In this document: positions 1 to 8,668 of the stretch, in pieces | Layout: each line of letters starts with the position of its first letter | How positions within the stretch are numbered: position 1 is the stretch's first letter | From: a virus | Length of the DNA: 64,000 nt | Strand: one strand, 5' to 3' | Virus record (IMG/VR): IMGVR_UViG_3300044591_000896 | Coordinates: 32,001 to 96,000 of that record | Notes under the pieces: model-generated | Databases searched by the model: none | What the model was told of the DNA's origin: nothing | What the model saw: only the letters and a program-made list of their open reading frames with translations | Translations under genes and position numbers: made by a program

Positions 1-627
1 TCTTCTTGTTATATAGTTGTCCGTCCATTTTGAGTTAGCCCCATAATGAAGCATTGGTGCTTCTATGTCATTTAGAACATAAAACCATTCTTCATCTACA
101 AATTTATCTATTGCTACGTTCCATACTGGCCATCCTGTTTCTTGGTCAGAGGCTATGCTATATGAATCAAGAGACTTTAATTTAGAAATCATTAATTCTA
201 TAACCTCTTTTAGTATTGGGTTTTCTGGACTGCAACCAAAAAACCACATTGCATATTCTGTTTTTCTATCTGCTATTGGATTTTTGATTGGAATAAAGAA
301 TGCATCTTTATCTTGTGGTAAAAAAGAATCTATATTGCTAAATGATATTACATCTATATCTATGTACACTCCACCAAACTTATATATAGATAAGTATCTC
401 CAAAAATCTGCTTTAATCTGTGGATGATCTATCTTAAGATATATGTCTGCCATGTCCTGATCATAGTTATCTAGTATCATCTTGTAGCAGTCTTCGTGGG
501 TTAGATACCTATATTCCCAGCCCTCATTATTGTTTTTCCAACTGTCAGAACAAACCTTAACATACTCTGGTAAATCATTATAATCTGATAAGCATGTCTG
601 CCAAATTATCTTTGGGATGTTACTCAT
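1..627 (-). CDS. Glycosyltransferase, DXD sugar-binding (GT32/OCH1-like); 3' end runs off the window
   Basis: Not in the ORF track. Manual translation MSNIPKIIWQT...KADFWRYLSIYKFGGVYIDID has the IPKIIWQT start and GGVYxDxD motif of this family. Confidence 0.85.
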   Translation of the reverse strand, partial: MSNIPKIIWQTCLSDYNDLPEYVKVCSDSWKNNNEGWEYRYLTHEDCYKMILDNYDQDMADIYLKIDHPQIKADFWRYLSIYKFGGVYIDIDVISFSNIDSFLPQDKDAFFIPIKNPIADRKTEYAMWFFGCSPENPILKEVIELMISKLKSLDSYSIASDQETGWPVWNVAIDKFVDEEWFYVLNDIEAPMLHYGANSKWTDNYITRR

Positions 628-1198
628 TAACAGCGTCTCTTGGCATTATGTCTATGATTAAGTGTATTCTTTCCCCGCCCCTATTTTCTACAGAGTGCAC
701 TCTATTGTTATTAATCTCCCAGCACTCACCAGATCTTAGATGCTTTCTCTCTCCACCTACACTAAAATAGACTCTATCGTTTGTTACAATAGGAATGTGA
801 TGTCTTCTAACTAAGCCAAGGTAGTCTCCGCTGTCTGAGTGTGGGTCTATGTCGCTTTCTTCTGAAAGCTTTACTAGCAAAGCCCTGGCCAGCACTCCGT
901 CACAAGAATACTCTAGCCCCTTAATTATTGGGTCAATCTCTTTCCATAAATCTTCATTGGAACTTGATCTATATGTAGTGAAAGGCTCTCCATAATTCCA
1001 TTCAATTGAGCAGGAATTAATTAAATATGAATGAGTAAAAGAATGTGGGTTCTTTCTATCTGGGTATTTATTATTCTGTCTGGTGGTGTCTATCAGCCAC
1101 TCAGACTCAAATTTAGAAACTATATCAATTATAGAATCAATATTAAATTTTCCTTTAAACTTAAAATTAAAGTTTTCTTCTGCTTTATTTAATATCAT
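620..1198 (-). CDS. Aspartyl/asparaginyl beta-hydroxylase family 2OG-Fe(II) oxygenase
   Basis: IDPHSD...RHHIPIVTN...GECWEINNNRVHSVENRGGERIHLIIDI: HxD...H facial triad and RxHLIxD motif. Confidence 0.85.
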   Translation of the reverse strand: MILNKAEENFNFKFKGKFNIDSIIDIVSKFESEWLIDTTRQNNKYPDRKNPHSFTHSYLINSCSIEWNYGEPFTTYRSSSNEDLWKEIDPIIKGLEYSCDGVLARALLVKLSEESDIDPHSDSGDYLGLVRRHHIPIVTNDRVYFSVGGERKHLRSGECWEINNNRVHSVENRGGERIHLIIDIMPRDAVNE

Positions 1199-1994
1199 TT
1201 TCTATACTCCTTACATAGTTATATATTGCATAATCAATATCATTTTGATCTAGTATCATCTGCTTCTCTTCTTCCGTCAACATTTCTTTTAGCTTTGATG
1301 TAGTATATTCTACACCATTATATGTAACTTCAGAAGGATTAACTCTTTTTTCTTTATTCCAGTTTATTGTAACCCCATAGTTATCTTTAAACCATTTTTG
1401 TTTCTTTGACATAAATTCATCAATGTTGTCTACTGTACCAACAATACTAAAAGAATCTATTTGCTTCTTAGCAAATTCAAGAGATGTTTTATCGTTATTT
1501 ACAAACCAAGTAAAAACTTTTCCATCATTAAATTTTCCTTCTTGCTCTAGTATAGCCTCGTCTTCTCTTATAAATTTAGATGCATTAAACAATCTTGAGT
1601 CTGTTGGATTACATATAAATCTTGCCTGATAGTTCTTGTGAGAGGCAGCATTTGGATCAGTAAACAAATAATATCTTAGTTTATCTACATATGAATCAAT
1701 ACTGTCGTACTCTTTTTGTCCTGCAAACTGTGGTTCATATATAAAATTAAAATAGCTAATTCTTGCATCTACTGGATGTCTAACAATGCAGGCAACCTCT
1801 ATGTCCTTCACAACATCAATTGGGTATGTACCAAAATGACCAGCAATATATGCCTGGTCATTTAGGTTTACATTGTGTGGGTAGTGCGTGTTGGTGTAAC
1901 TATTTATATCATTAGCATACAATGTAGTTCTAATATTTTCTTTTACAAACCTGCCAGCAGTTTTAGGTATATGCAAAAAGTATAACTGTTTCAT
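1185..1994 (-). CDS. Sulfotransferase family protein
   Basis: N-terminal FLHIPKTAG (5'-PSB loop) and VRHPVDARISYFNF (3'-PB motif). Confidence 0.85.
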   Translation of the reverse strand: MKQLYFLHIPKTAGRFVKENIRTTLYANDINSYTNTHYPHNVNLNDQAYIAGHFGTYPIDVVKDIEVACIVRHPVDARISYFNFIYEPQFAGQKEYDSIDSYVDKLRYYLFTDPNAASHKNYQARFICNPTDSRLFNASKFIREDEAILEQEGKFNDGKVFTWFVNNDKTSLEFAKKQIDSFSIVGTVDNIDEFMSKKQKWFKDNYGVTINWNKEKRVNPSEVTYNGVEYTTSKLKEMLTEEEKQMILDQNDIDYAIYNYVRSIENDIK

Positions 1995-2113
1995 TATACT
2001 TCTCTCATTTTACCGCATCTAGCACAAGCTTCATATGTCTTGCCAGTAAATGGGCAAGAACCAGCTGCAACAATATCGTGCCCAAGGATTGAGCATTTGA
2101 TTTTGCTAAACAT
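1994..2113 (-). CDS. 39-aa Cys/His micropeptide (DUF1660-like)
   Basis: Manual translation MFSKIKCSILGHDIVAAGSCPFTGKTYEACARCGKMREV (CxxxGH...CxRCG). It fills the gap and its stop overlaps the next start. Confidence 0.65.
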   Translation of the reverse strand: MFSKIKCSILGHDIVAAGSCPFTGKTYEACARCGKMREV

Positions 2114-2118
2114 AAAAA

Positions 2119-2376
2119 CTACTTAGTTGGTAGATGTTTAATTGTTGACTCGTAGTAGTCTGGTGTTGGGTTGTCGAACCAATTCTGTAGGTCCTCAAGA
2201 GACATGTCTCTTTTTTCTGATACAGGCTCCTGACCTTCTTGTGCGAAGGTAGCAACTGTTTCAAATGTTCCATCAGAATTTGGAGAGTATTCTACTCTAC
2301 CTATTTCAATTGTGAATCCGTGGTCGTAAGCTTCTCCAGATTCATCTACACCTTTTGATCCCGCTTTTGTAATCAT
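2119..2376 (-). CDS. Hypothetical protein
   Basis: ORF coupled (ATGA overlap) to the upstream oxygenase gene. Confidence 0.7.
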   Translation of the reverse strand: MITKAGSKGVDESGEAYDHGFTIEIGRVEYSPNSDGTFETVATFAQEGQEPVSEKRDMSLEDLQNWFDNPTPDYYESTIKHLPTK

Positions 2377-3263
2377 TTTTCTTCCTCTTCCTTAATGATC
2401 ATGTCGTTAATTACGCCCTCTGGCACACGACCTTCTTTTACTGCATTTTCTTGGTTTCTACGTGCATTAGACTTAATGTCTGCTGTAGTCAAGCTCTCTT
2501 TAAATCCAGGTGGTAGCTTAGACTCATCGTCAACTCCAGCGTATGGATCTTCTAGTAAAGGGTGGGCAACGCCATCCTTCCATTGTGTTTTTAATTGATA
2601 TTGATGAATTCTTTCTTTTAGAATCATCCTTTCCATTTCTTGCAATTCTGCTTCTGAGTACCATGCATCTGCGTAATCCCAAAAAATAACAATAGTGTAT
2701 CTAGTACCACTTGTTATTTCTGTAACGCTATGAATGTTTTCTACTCCTCCTGGGAAGGATACAAATGAGCCAGCTTCTGGGACTACTTCTAATCCATGAT
2801 CTCTAAACTTTAAAACACCACCAGTGTAATCTGGTTGTGAGTTTAGATAAATGCCAGCGTATTGCTTATTGTCGCTCCAGCCCATGTCATTACCTTCTAG
2901 ATCTGAGCTGTCTGAGTGATCATTTGCGTATGCACCTAGCTCCCATTTCTGGGCATGCATACTGTTAATTTTCATTGGTCTTCCAGCAGCATCTGAAACA
3001 TACTGAATCATTCTTTCACGAAGATTAGCCATGTACTCTTCAGTTATTGTTGTTCCATGCTCCTTAGTAAATGGAGAAACAACATGCATTCCATATGATC
3101 CATAAAAGCAGATAAATCTCCACTCTTCTTCGTTAGCATTGAAGAATTTAATTAGCTCATCGCACTCTTCCTTAGAAAGAAAGTTTTCGTATGACCAAAT
3201 TCCTGTTCCTCCGCCACCTAAAAGCTTACCGCCTAGTTGACTAACTACCTTTGTATCTGACAT
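2373..3263 (-). CDS. 2OG-Fe(II) oxygenase, prolyl-4-hydroxylase-like
   Basis: ENFLSKEEC, HSD, IYLN...YTGGVLKF, HSVTEITSGTRYT motifs; AAGGAG RBS. Confidence 0.88.
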   Translation of the reverse strand: MSDTKVVSQLGGKLLGGGGTGIWSYENFLSKEECDELIKFFNANEEEWRFICFYGSYGMHVVSPFTKEHGTTITEEYMANLRERMIQYVSDAAGRPMKINSMHAQKWELGAYANDHSDSSDLEGNDMGWSDNKQYAGIYLNSQPDYTGGVLKFRDHGLEVVPEAGSFVSFPGGVENIHSVTEITSGTRYTIVIFWDYADAWYSEAELQEMERMILKERIHQYQLKTQWKDGVAHPLLEDPYAGVDDESKLPPGFKESLTTADIKSNARRNQENAVKEGRVPEGVINDMIIKEEEEK

Positions 3264-3281
3264 GTTGTTCTCCTTTTAATG

Positions 3282-3371
3282 TTATGCAATAGATGAATCT
3301 ATTATTAAATCTACGGCATCGTCTAAAGAATTTGAGTGTTCTTTAGAGCAATTACCACATTCTTTACACAT
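3282..3371 (-). CDS. 29-aa Cys-rich micropeptide
   Basis: Manual translation MCKECGNCSKEHSNSLDDAVDLIIDSSIA; fills an intergenic gap. Confidence 0.55.
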   Translation of the reverse strand: MCKECGNCSKEHSNSLDDAVDLIIDSSIA

Positions 3372-3373
3372 TG

Positions 3374-3577
3374 TTAAACTTTTTTACGTCCTGTTTTCTT
3401 TGGTGGCTTTGGAACATTGCTGGTTTCTCTACGAATACCATGTCTGTTTACATCCACTTTCATTCCCTGTCTAGGGTGTTTTTTTGTAGCTTCTCTACTT
3501 GTAACAGCACCAGAAGCCCCAGTGTTTGGTGGTGGGGTATTTCCAGTACCATCATTTTTTTTAAAACTATCAGACAT
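3374..3577 (-). CDS. Hypothetical small basic protein
   Basis: ORF track; GGAGAGG upstream; stop/start coupling. Confidence 0.65.
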   Translation of the reverse strand: MSDSFKKNDGTGNTPPPNTGASGAVTSREATKKHPRQGMKVDVNRHGIRRETSNVPKPPKKTGRKKV

Positions 3578-3762
3578 TAATCAATGTCCTCTCCGTTTGA
3601 TCCTTTTGACTCAGAATTTTCATGAGCCAAGCTTTCTTCTGATTCTGATCCAAACATTGATGGTACAGAAACTAATCCAGTAGCTCCCACATCATATACA
3701 TTTTGGTTTGGCATTGCTACGCCCATAAAATCTTGGCTACTGCATCCACATAAAGCGCACAT
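3577..3762 (-). CDS. Hypothetical peptide with N-terminal CxxCGC motif
   Basis: MCALCGC start and acidic tail; tightly packed with neighbours. Confidence 0.65.
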   Translation of the reverse strand: MCALCGCSSQDFMGVAMPNQNVYDVGATGLVSVPSMFGSESEESLAHENSESKGSNGEDID

Positions 3763-3764
3763 TA

Positions 3765-3923
3765 TTACTTACCGTTTGCGCCTAATCCTGCTCCATCTTG
3801 TGAAGACTTATCTGTTGATGCAAATGCTCCTGCTGGTGCTTCTGTGTAGTTCTCTGTTGGCCATGGTGATGCACCTGCTGGCTTTACTTCGTTGAATCCT
3901 GTTAAATTTAATCCGTCTGACAT
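3765..3923 (-). CDS. 52-aa Gly/Ala/Pro-rich peptide
   Basis: Manual translation MSDGLNLTGFNEVKPAGASPWPTENYTEAPAGAFASTDKSSQDGAGLGANGK. Strong AGGAG RBS and an upstream TGcTATAAT promoter. Confidence 0.75.
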   Translation of the reverse strand: MSDGLNLTGFNEVKPAGASPWPTENYTEAPAGAFASTDKSSQDGAGLGANGK

Positions 3924-3998
3924 TTTATTTCTCCTATAGGTTATTTATTTAAGCGGGACTAGTATTCCGCTTATAAGACTATTATAGCATTTAGTTGA

Positions 3999-4121
3999 TT
4001 AGGATCTGTAATACTCGTGCCAGCAGTCATCACAGATATCTATGATTCCGCCTTCTGGTTTAGCGGCTATTTTTTTTGCCTTTTTGCCACAGCCGTTCCA
4101 TTCACACAAATCACCAAGCAT
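3999..4121 (-). CDS. 40-aa putative zinc-binding micropeptide
   Basis: Manual translation MLGDLCEWNGCGKKAKKIAAKPEGGIIDICDDCWHEYYRS. Confidence 0.6.
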   Translation of the reverse strand: MLGDLCEWNGCGKKAKKIAAKPEGGIIDICDDCWHEYYRS

Positions 4122-4264
4122 TATTTAGATCCTTTGGCCGTCTGGCCACGGTATCCCGTCTTCTTTTTATTCATAGACCCTGGCTTTTTATACCCAGCCC
4201 CATTAGGCGTAGCCGCAATTCTTTGCTCTAAAGCCTTTTTAATTTTATCGTGATGCTTTCCCAT
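4121..4264 (-). CDS. 47-aa basic micropeptide
   Basis: Manual translation MGKHHDKIKKALEQRIAATPNGAGYKKPGSMNKKKTGYRGQTAKGSK; TAATG coupling at both ends. Confidence 0.65.
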   Translation of the reverse strand: MGKHHDKIKKALEQRIAATPNGAGYKKPGSMNKKKTGYRGQTAKGSK

Positions 4265-4482
4265 TATTTAACCTTACTTCCAAACTTGTTCCATGCTCTT
4301 TCATGTAAGAAAAAGCCAACTATCTCGCAACCAGTGTATACGAGTGCAAATGCACCAGCATATTCCCAGTGAGCTTCCCCAGTAATAGCCTTTTCAAAAA
4401 AATAAACTAATGTTCCAACGAATCCAATATGAACTATTGGCCATGTGATTGATTTATATAAACTTCTTTTGTTTGATTCCAT
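4264..4482 (-). CDS. DUF2061-family small membrane protein
   Basis: KRSLYKSITW...FFLHERAW signature with two hydrophobic segments. Confidence 0.8.
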   Translation of the reverse strand: MESNKRSLYKSITWPIVHIGFVGTLVYFFEKAITGEAHWEYAGAFALVYTGCEIVGFFLHERAWNKFGSKVK

Positions 4483-4488
4483 TGTTTT

Positions 4489-4517
4489 ATTATACTCTCT
4501 ATTGTATAAAAGTTCAA
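4489..4517 (-). promoter_or_regulatory. Sigma-70/SigA-type promoter, leaderless
   Basis: TTGAAC-N17-TATAAT, then 6 nt to the ATG at 4482; no SD. Confidence 0.75.
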
Positions 4518-4536
4518 TAGGTAGAACTTTTATTTA

Positions 4537-5148
4537 TTAAAGCCAACTTCTAAATTGCAAAGATGCTCTTGGTGCTGAAACTTCTATTTGATGATATATA
4601 CCTTCTGGGAAAAATAAAAAGTCCCCTGGATTCATCTCAAATGTTTTTTGATATTTAATTGGATCTTCCCCCATGAGACTTTTGTCTGAAATTGTCCAGT
4701 AAGTTTGCCCCTGACACTGTAAAGAAAATGCTGACCAATTATCTTTATGACTTAAGTTTTGATAAGGGCCTACACATACTTTTGGCCCAGCTAAGTTTAT
4801 TGATATTCCACATTCTTGTTCTAATGTTTCTGTCATTTTAAAAATTTCTGGGAAATATTTTTTAAATCTTTCTTTTACATATGCCCCATTATCAATTCCA
4901 TTGAGCGCATTAATATATAAATTTTTACCAACAATAACCGTTCCATTCAACTTTTCATTATTACCAGCGACTATAGTAGCAAGATCATTGTCTGTTGGTT
5001 CCTGCCATTCCTCATAAATGCAATTTAAAAAATCTTGCCATGAAGGAATGTGATCTTCGCCTATAAAATTCTTAAAATATGCTGGCTCAAATTTATCGGC
5101 TGCATCTTTAATTGTTTTTTTAAATTCTTCTAAGTTATAGTTGATCAT
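4537..5148 (-). CDS. JmjC/cupin-type 2OG-Fe(II) oxygenase
   Basis: HKD...LQCQGQTYWTI...MNPGDFLFFPEGIYHQI is a JmjC pattern. Confidence 0.8.
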   Translation of the reverse strand: MINYNLEEFKKTIKDAADKFEPAYFKNFIGEDHIPSWQDFLNCIYEEWQEPTDNDLATIVAGNNEKLNGTVIVGKNLYINALNGIDNGAYVKERFKKYFPEIFKMTETLEQECGISINLAGPKVCVGPYQNLSHKDNWSAFSLQCQGQTYWTISDKSLMGEDPIKYQKTFEMNPGDFLFFPEGIYHQIEVSAPRASLQFRSWL

Positions 5149-5163
5149 ATATTAATTTTACCA

Positions 5164-5195
5164 TAAGAGGCTGGGGATCAGGCCCCAGCCTCTTA
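5164..5195 (-). terminator. 13-bp hairpin after the surface-protein gene (probable terminator)
   Basis: TAAGAGGCTGGGG/CCCCAGCCTCTTA perfect stem with a 6-nt loop; only a weak U-tract. Confidence 0.65.
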
Positions 5196-5204
5196 AAGTG
5201 TTAT

Positions 5205-6305
5205 TTACTTCTTAAGTGCAACCTTTGCCTTTGGGTTCTTGGCGTTCCACTTTTTAGCAAGAGCATTGTACTCCGCCTTATACTTTGCTGCTGATGCTGC
5301 TGCTGCAACATCGTTTGCTGCCTTGGCTGTTGCTGCATCTGTTGCTGCCTTAGCAACTGCATCTGCAAGAGCCTTATCTGCTGCAACCTTATCTGCTGCA
5401 CGTCCAGCCTTCTCTGCTGCAAGAACATTTGCTGCTGCCTGTGCATCAAGTGCACGTCCAGCCTTCTCTGCTGCAAGCTGTGCTGTGAGTGTAGCGACTG
5501 TTCCATTTAGATCTGAAACAGAAAACGCTGCCTGTGCTGCCTTTGTTGGTGCTGCTAATCCAGCAACTGTTGCTGCTGATGTTGCACCTGTTACAACAAC
5601 TGTAACTGTTCCAGCAACGCCAACTGCAAGTGATGCAGTCTTTGAGCCAGCAACTAGAGTTGTGTCTGCTGTTGCTTCTGCTGTTGTAGAAGTAACGAGT
5701 GTCTTTGTGATTGTGCCATCTGAGAAAGTTGAGCCAAGAACTGTTGCAGTAATTGTCTCACCTGTCAAGATTGCGTTTCCAAACACGTCTGTAGCAGATA
5801 CGGTAATTGTTGGAATAGTTCCAACTGCTGATGCTGCTGGGACTGCAACTGCAACATTTGATGCTGCTCCTGCTGTGCCCTTAATGTAAACAATAGTTGA
5901 GTAAGCACCATTTGTGATGGTAACTGTTCCAACCTTTACGCTTGTTGTATAAGCGTAAACAGTTACTGCTGATCCAGCAGATGTTACTGACAGTGTTGAT
6001 ACACCAGACGCAATTGTCTTAGGTGCATCTGTTGTGTGTAGTGCAGTTACAAGCTTAACTGTATCTGAAGCTACAAATGATACTACAGTGCCTGTGTCAG
6101 CTGTTGCTGCTAATGCTACTGATGTTCCAGATGTAATCTGGTTTGCTGCTGGTACCGCAACTGTTGCGGGTGCTGCAGAAGTTGTTGCGTTAGTTACTGT
6201 TGCAACTGTAACGGCTAATGGTGCTGCCGAAGACGGTGCTACAGAAACAGTGATAATTGCTAGAGCTGCAGCAGTAGCAATTGATAGTTTCTTAAATGAC
6301 TTCAT
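5205..6305 (-). CDS. Secreted Ala/Thr/Val-rich surface (S-layer/Ig-like) protein with C-terminal helical tail
   Basis: Sec signal peptide MKSFKK...APSSA; beta-rich body (TVSATDVFGN); Ala/Lys coiled-coil tail; AAGGAG RBS. Confidence 0.75.
   Translation of the reverse strand: MKSFKKLSIATAAALAIITVSVAPSSAAPLAVTVATVTNATTSAAPATVAVPAANQITSGTSVALAATADTGTVVSFVASDTVKLVTALHTTDAPKTIASGVSTLSVTSAGSAVTVYAYTTSVKVGTVTITNGAYSTIVYIKGTAGAASNVAVAVPAASAVGTIPTITVSATDVFGNAILTGETITATVLGSTFSDGTITKTLVTSTTAEATADTTLVAGSKTASLAVGVAGTVTVVVTGATSAATVAGLAAPTKAAQAAFSVSDLNGTVATLTAQLAAEKAGRALDAQAAANVLAAEKAGRAADKVAADKALADAVAKAATDAATAKAANDVAAAASAAKYKAEYNALAKKWNAKNPKAKVALKK
5397..5477. repeat. 27-bp direct repeat encoding LAAEKAGRA twice
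   Basis: tgcacgtccagccttctctgctgcaag at 5397-5423 and 5451-5477. Confidence 0.85.
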
Positions 6306-6352
6306 TTAATTTATTCTCCTTGTTTCCTCTGTCTCTAGGTGAGAACAGAATG

Positions 6353-6544
6353 TTAGTTTAAGTTGTTTATTCTTACTTGGAATGAGCACGGATCTCCGCC
6401 TTCATCCCATTCTTGCATTTCTTCTTCTGTCATAGGCGAACCATCATGAGTATTGCAAAATACATCAGAAATCCATCCACGATCAAAACCATTCTTTAAC
6501 CAAATTTCAAACTCCATGAAGTCATTGTCTGAGTTTATATCCAT
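6353..6544 (-). CDS. Hypothetical acidic protein
   Basis: ORF track; overlaps the thioredoxin stop. Confidence 0.7.
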   Translation of the reverse strand: MDINSDNDFMEFEIWLKNGFDRGWISDVFCNTHDGSPMTEEEMQEWDEGGDPCSFQVRINNLN

Positions 6545-6837
6545 TCAGACAACTCCTTTATTAGAATATGCTTTGGCTTGGCACCAGTAATAGTCTTGAC
6601 TGGCTTGCCATCTACAAATAGTACCATAGTTGGAATTGAATGTACAGCAAATTCTGCTGATTTGGTAGGATTCTCATCAACATTTAACTTTCCAACCCAT
6701 AATCCAGCCTCATTAGATATCTCATCTAATATTGGCGAGAGCATTTTGCATGGGCCACACCAAGGTGCCCAAAAATCAATAAGCACAACTTTATGGGATT
6801 GAATGACAGAGTCAAATGTATTATCTGTTACTATCAT
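6535..6837 (-). CDS. trxA: Thioredoxin
   Basis: DFWAPWCGPCK active site and SIPT cis-Pro loop. Start moved to MIVTD (ATGA overlap). Confidence 0.95.
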   Translation of the reverse strand: MIVTDNTFDSVIQSHKVVLIDFWAPWCGPCKMLSPILDEISNEAGLWVGKLNVDENPTKSAEFAVHSIPTMVLFVDGKPVKTITGAKPKHILIKELSEWI

Positions 6838-7304
6838 AGCGAGTCCACGTGTGTAGGCCAATAGTAATTGCAATTTTCACAACAGGTATAACCAATCTCT
6901 TTATAATCTGCATACTCACTATAGAAGTAGTAGTGAATAGGATCCTTTTCAAACAATCTTCCCTTATGAGTATAATGAACCTGGTCTTCTCCTAGCCACC
7001 AAGGTCTATCTGACTCTAATCCCAGAAAGTTTTCTTTATATATCTCATCGAACAAGGCGTGAGTTGTATTCTTATACCCACGTAGGATTATATCTCGAAC
7101 AATGGCTTCATTGTAAAGGAACAACCAATCTTCATGTCCCCTCCACATTTTGACTGCTGGGTGGTTAGACCAAGCTCCAGTTTCATATAGTCCAGCAAGT
7201 GACTTTAGAATCTGTAAATTTTCAACGCTTTGTTTAATTAATCGCTTTCTATCAAGATGCTTTGCAGTTTCTTGAAAGTCCGCCTCTGGTAGAAATGTTT
7301 GCAT
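6834..7304 (-). CDS. MSMEG_6728-family / pyrimidine-dimer DNA glycosylase-like protein
   Basis: MQTFLP...LDRKRLIKQ...WSNHPAVKMWRG...PWWLG...H...L.EKDP.HY...YYWP. Confidence 0.85.
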   Translation of the reverse strand: MQTFLPEADFQETAKHLDRKRLIKQSVENLQILKSLAGLYETGAWSNHPAVKMWRGHEDWLFLYNEAIVRDIILRGYKNTTHALFDEIYKENFLGLESDRPWWLGEDQVHYTHKGRLFEKDPIHYYFYSEYADYKEIGYTCCENCNYYWPTHVDSL

Positions 7305-7311
7305 GATACCT

Positions 7312-7340
7312 ATCTTACTAAATTAACAAGAACTGGTCAA
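7312..7340 (-). promoter_or_regulatory. SigA-type promoter, leaderless
   Basis: TTGACC-N17-TAAGAT, then 7 nt to the ATG at 7304. Confidence 0.75.
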
Positions 7341-7344
7341 GTAA

Positions 7345-7560
7345 CTAGTCTTGATCTTTTAATTCATCTGCTGCTGCATTAAATTTATTCATAAAGTTTT
7401 GAATAACAAATACAGTAGTCTCATGTGCATTCTTTGACATGGCACTAAATGCTTGCTGATTTCTTTCTTCTTCAGGAAGTGCTGCTGACCACTTATTGTA
7501 CAGGTCAGTAGCAACATCCTCGATGATTCCTTCTAGTACCGTTTGCTTATTTTCATCCAT
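7345..7560 (-). CDS. Hypothetical protein
   Basis: ORF track; overlaps the subtilase stop. Confidence 0.7.
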   Translation of the reverse strand: MDENKQTVLEGIIEDVATDLYNKWSAALPEEERNQQAFSAMSKNAHETTVFVIQNFMNKFNAAADELKDQD

Positions 7561-8668
7561 TAATTTTTGCCGCCCATGCTGCTTTTGTTGCTGCTAGCTT
7601 ATCTGCTGCAGCCTTAACTTCTGCTTGGTACTGTGACTCTGCTAATGCAATCGCTTTCAATGACTCAGCAATTAACAAAGCCTTTTGTTGTGCAGCCAAC
7701 TGTTCTGCTGTTACAGTAGGTGTTGATGTAACTACAGGCTTTCCTGTATAAGAAATTGCTGCTTGGAGATTAATAAGTTTATTAAATGTTCCTTGACGAC
7801 CAGTTGTGCTTGAAGCAGTTGATGTCATTGCATTTAATACCTGAGAGTATGTCCAAGAAGGATTCTTTTCTTTGATGAGCATCCAATATGCAGCAGCAAC
7901 TTGAACAGAAGCAGATGATCCAGCAATATACTTTTGAATATTTCCTGGTGACCAAGCAGCGTGATATCCTAGTGCAAATAAATCTAGGAGTGCGTTATCG
8001 TTGTTGCTGTTAGCTGCCATTTCGCCCTGTTGGTCTGTGTATCCAACTGAAATTGATTCTGGAATACAAGATGGCCAGTCAATTCTCTGATAGTCTCTGC
8101 CATTACCAGAAGGAAAGAATACTGGGATTCCGCTTGCCAATAAAGAGTTAATTGATGATCTTGTTGTTGGTGTTGCTGGGCAATAGTTTGTTCCAACAGC
8201 ACCAAGCATGTGATGACCTTGTGACATAGTTACAGCCTGAATGTTATACTTTTCCTTATTTGCATTTACCCAATTAAGTGCATTAAATACTGTCGACTCA
8301 CCAGCCGTTTGTCGTGAGCCTTTTGCTGTGTTACCAATAATTCTAACAAAAACAATCTTTGCATTTGGGTTATTAGCAATAAATACTGAGGCCATCTGTG
8401 TGCCATGATCAAATCCATTTTGAGACACATAAGGCATTTGAAGTGTAGCTGCTCCTGGGCCTTCCATAAATGTTTTTCCGTTTGGACATGATGCCCAGTC
8501 TAGAATACAAACTTCTGCGGCAATCTTATCTTTAAAGATTGGCAATGTAGAGTCTAGTGCTGTGTCTAGAATAGCAATTGTAGGTGCTGGTGCTGCCTGT
8601 GAGACAGTTGATGATAGCGGTAGGATTAGTGTTAGCGACAATAGCGCTGTTATTAGTTTTTTATTCAT
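7553..8668 (-). CDS. Secreted subtilisin-like (S8) serine protease
   Basis: Signal peptide; catalytic IAILDTA (Asp), DHGTQMAS (His), SGN oxyanion Asn, AGSSAS (Ser). Confidence 0.88.
   Translation of the reverse strand: MNKKLITALLSLTLILPLSSTVSQAAPAPTIAILDTALDSTLPIFKDKIAAEVCILDWASCPNGKTFMEGPGAATLQMPYVSQNGFDHGTQMASVFIANNPNAKIVFVRIIGNTAKGSRQTAGESTVFNALNWVNANKEKYNIQAVTMSQGHHMLGAVGTNYCPATPTTRSSINSLLASGIPVFFPSGNGRDYQRIDWPSCIPESISVGYTDQQGEMAANSNNDNALLDLFALGYHAAWSPGNIQKYIAGSSASVQVAAAYWMLIKEKNPSWTYSQVLNAMTSTASSTTGRQGTFNKLINLQAAISYTGKPVVTSTPTVTAEQLAAQQKALLIAESLKAIALAESQYQAEVKAAADKLAATKAAWAAKING

Noticed and set aside
5201-5506. Gln-rich alternative-frame ORFs (also 13491-13781)
   Set aside because: Off-frame readings of GCA-GCA alanine runs, not real polyQ proteins.
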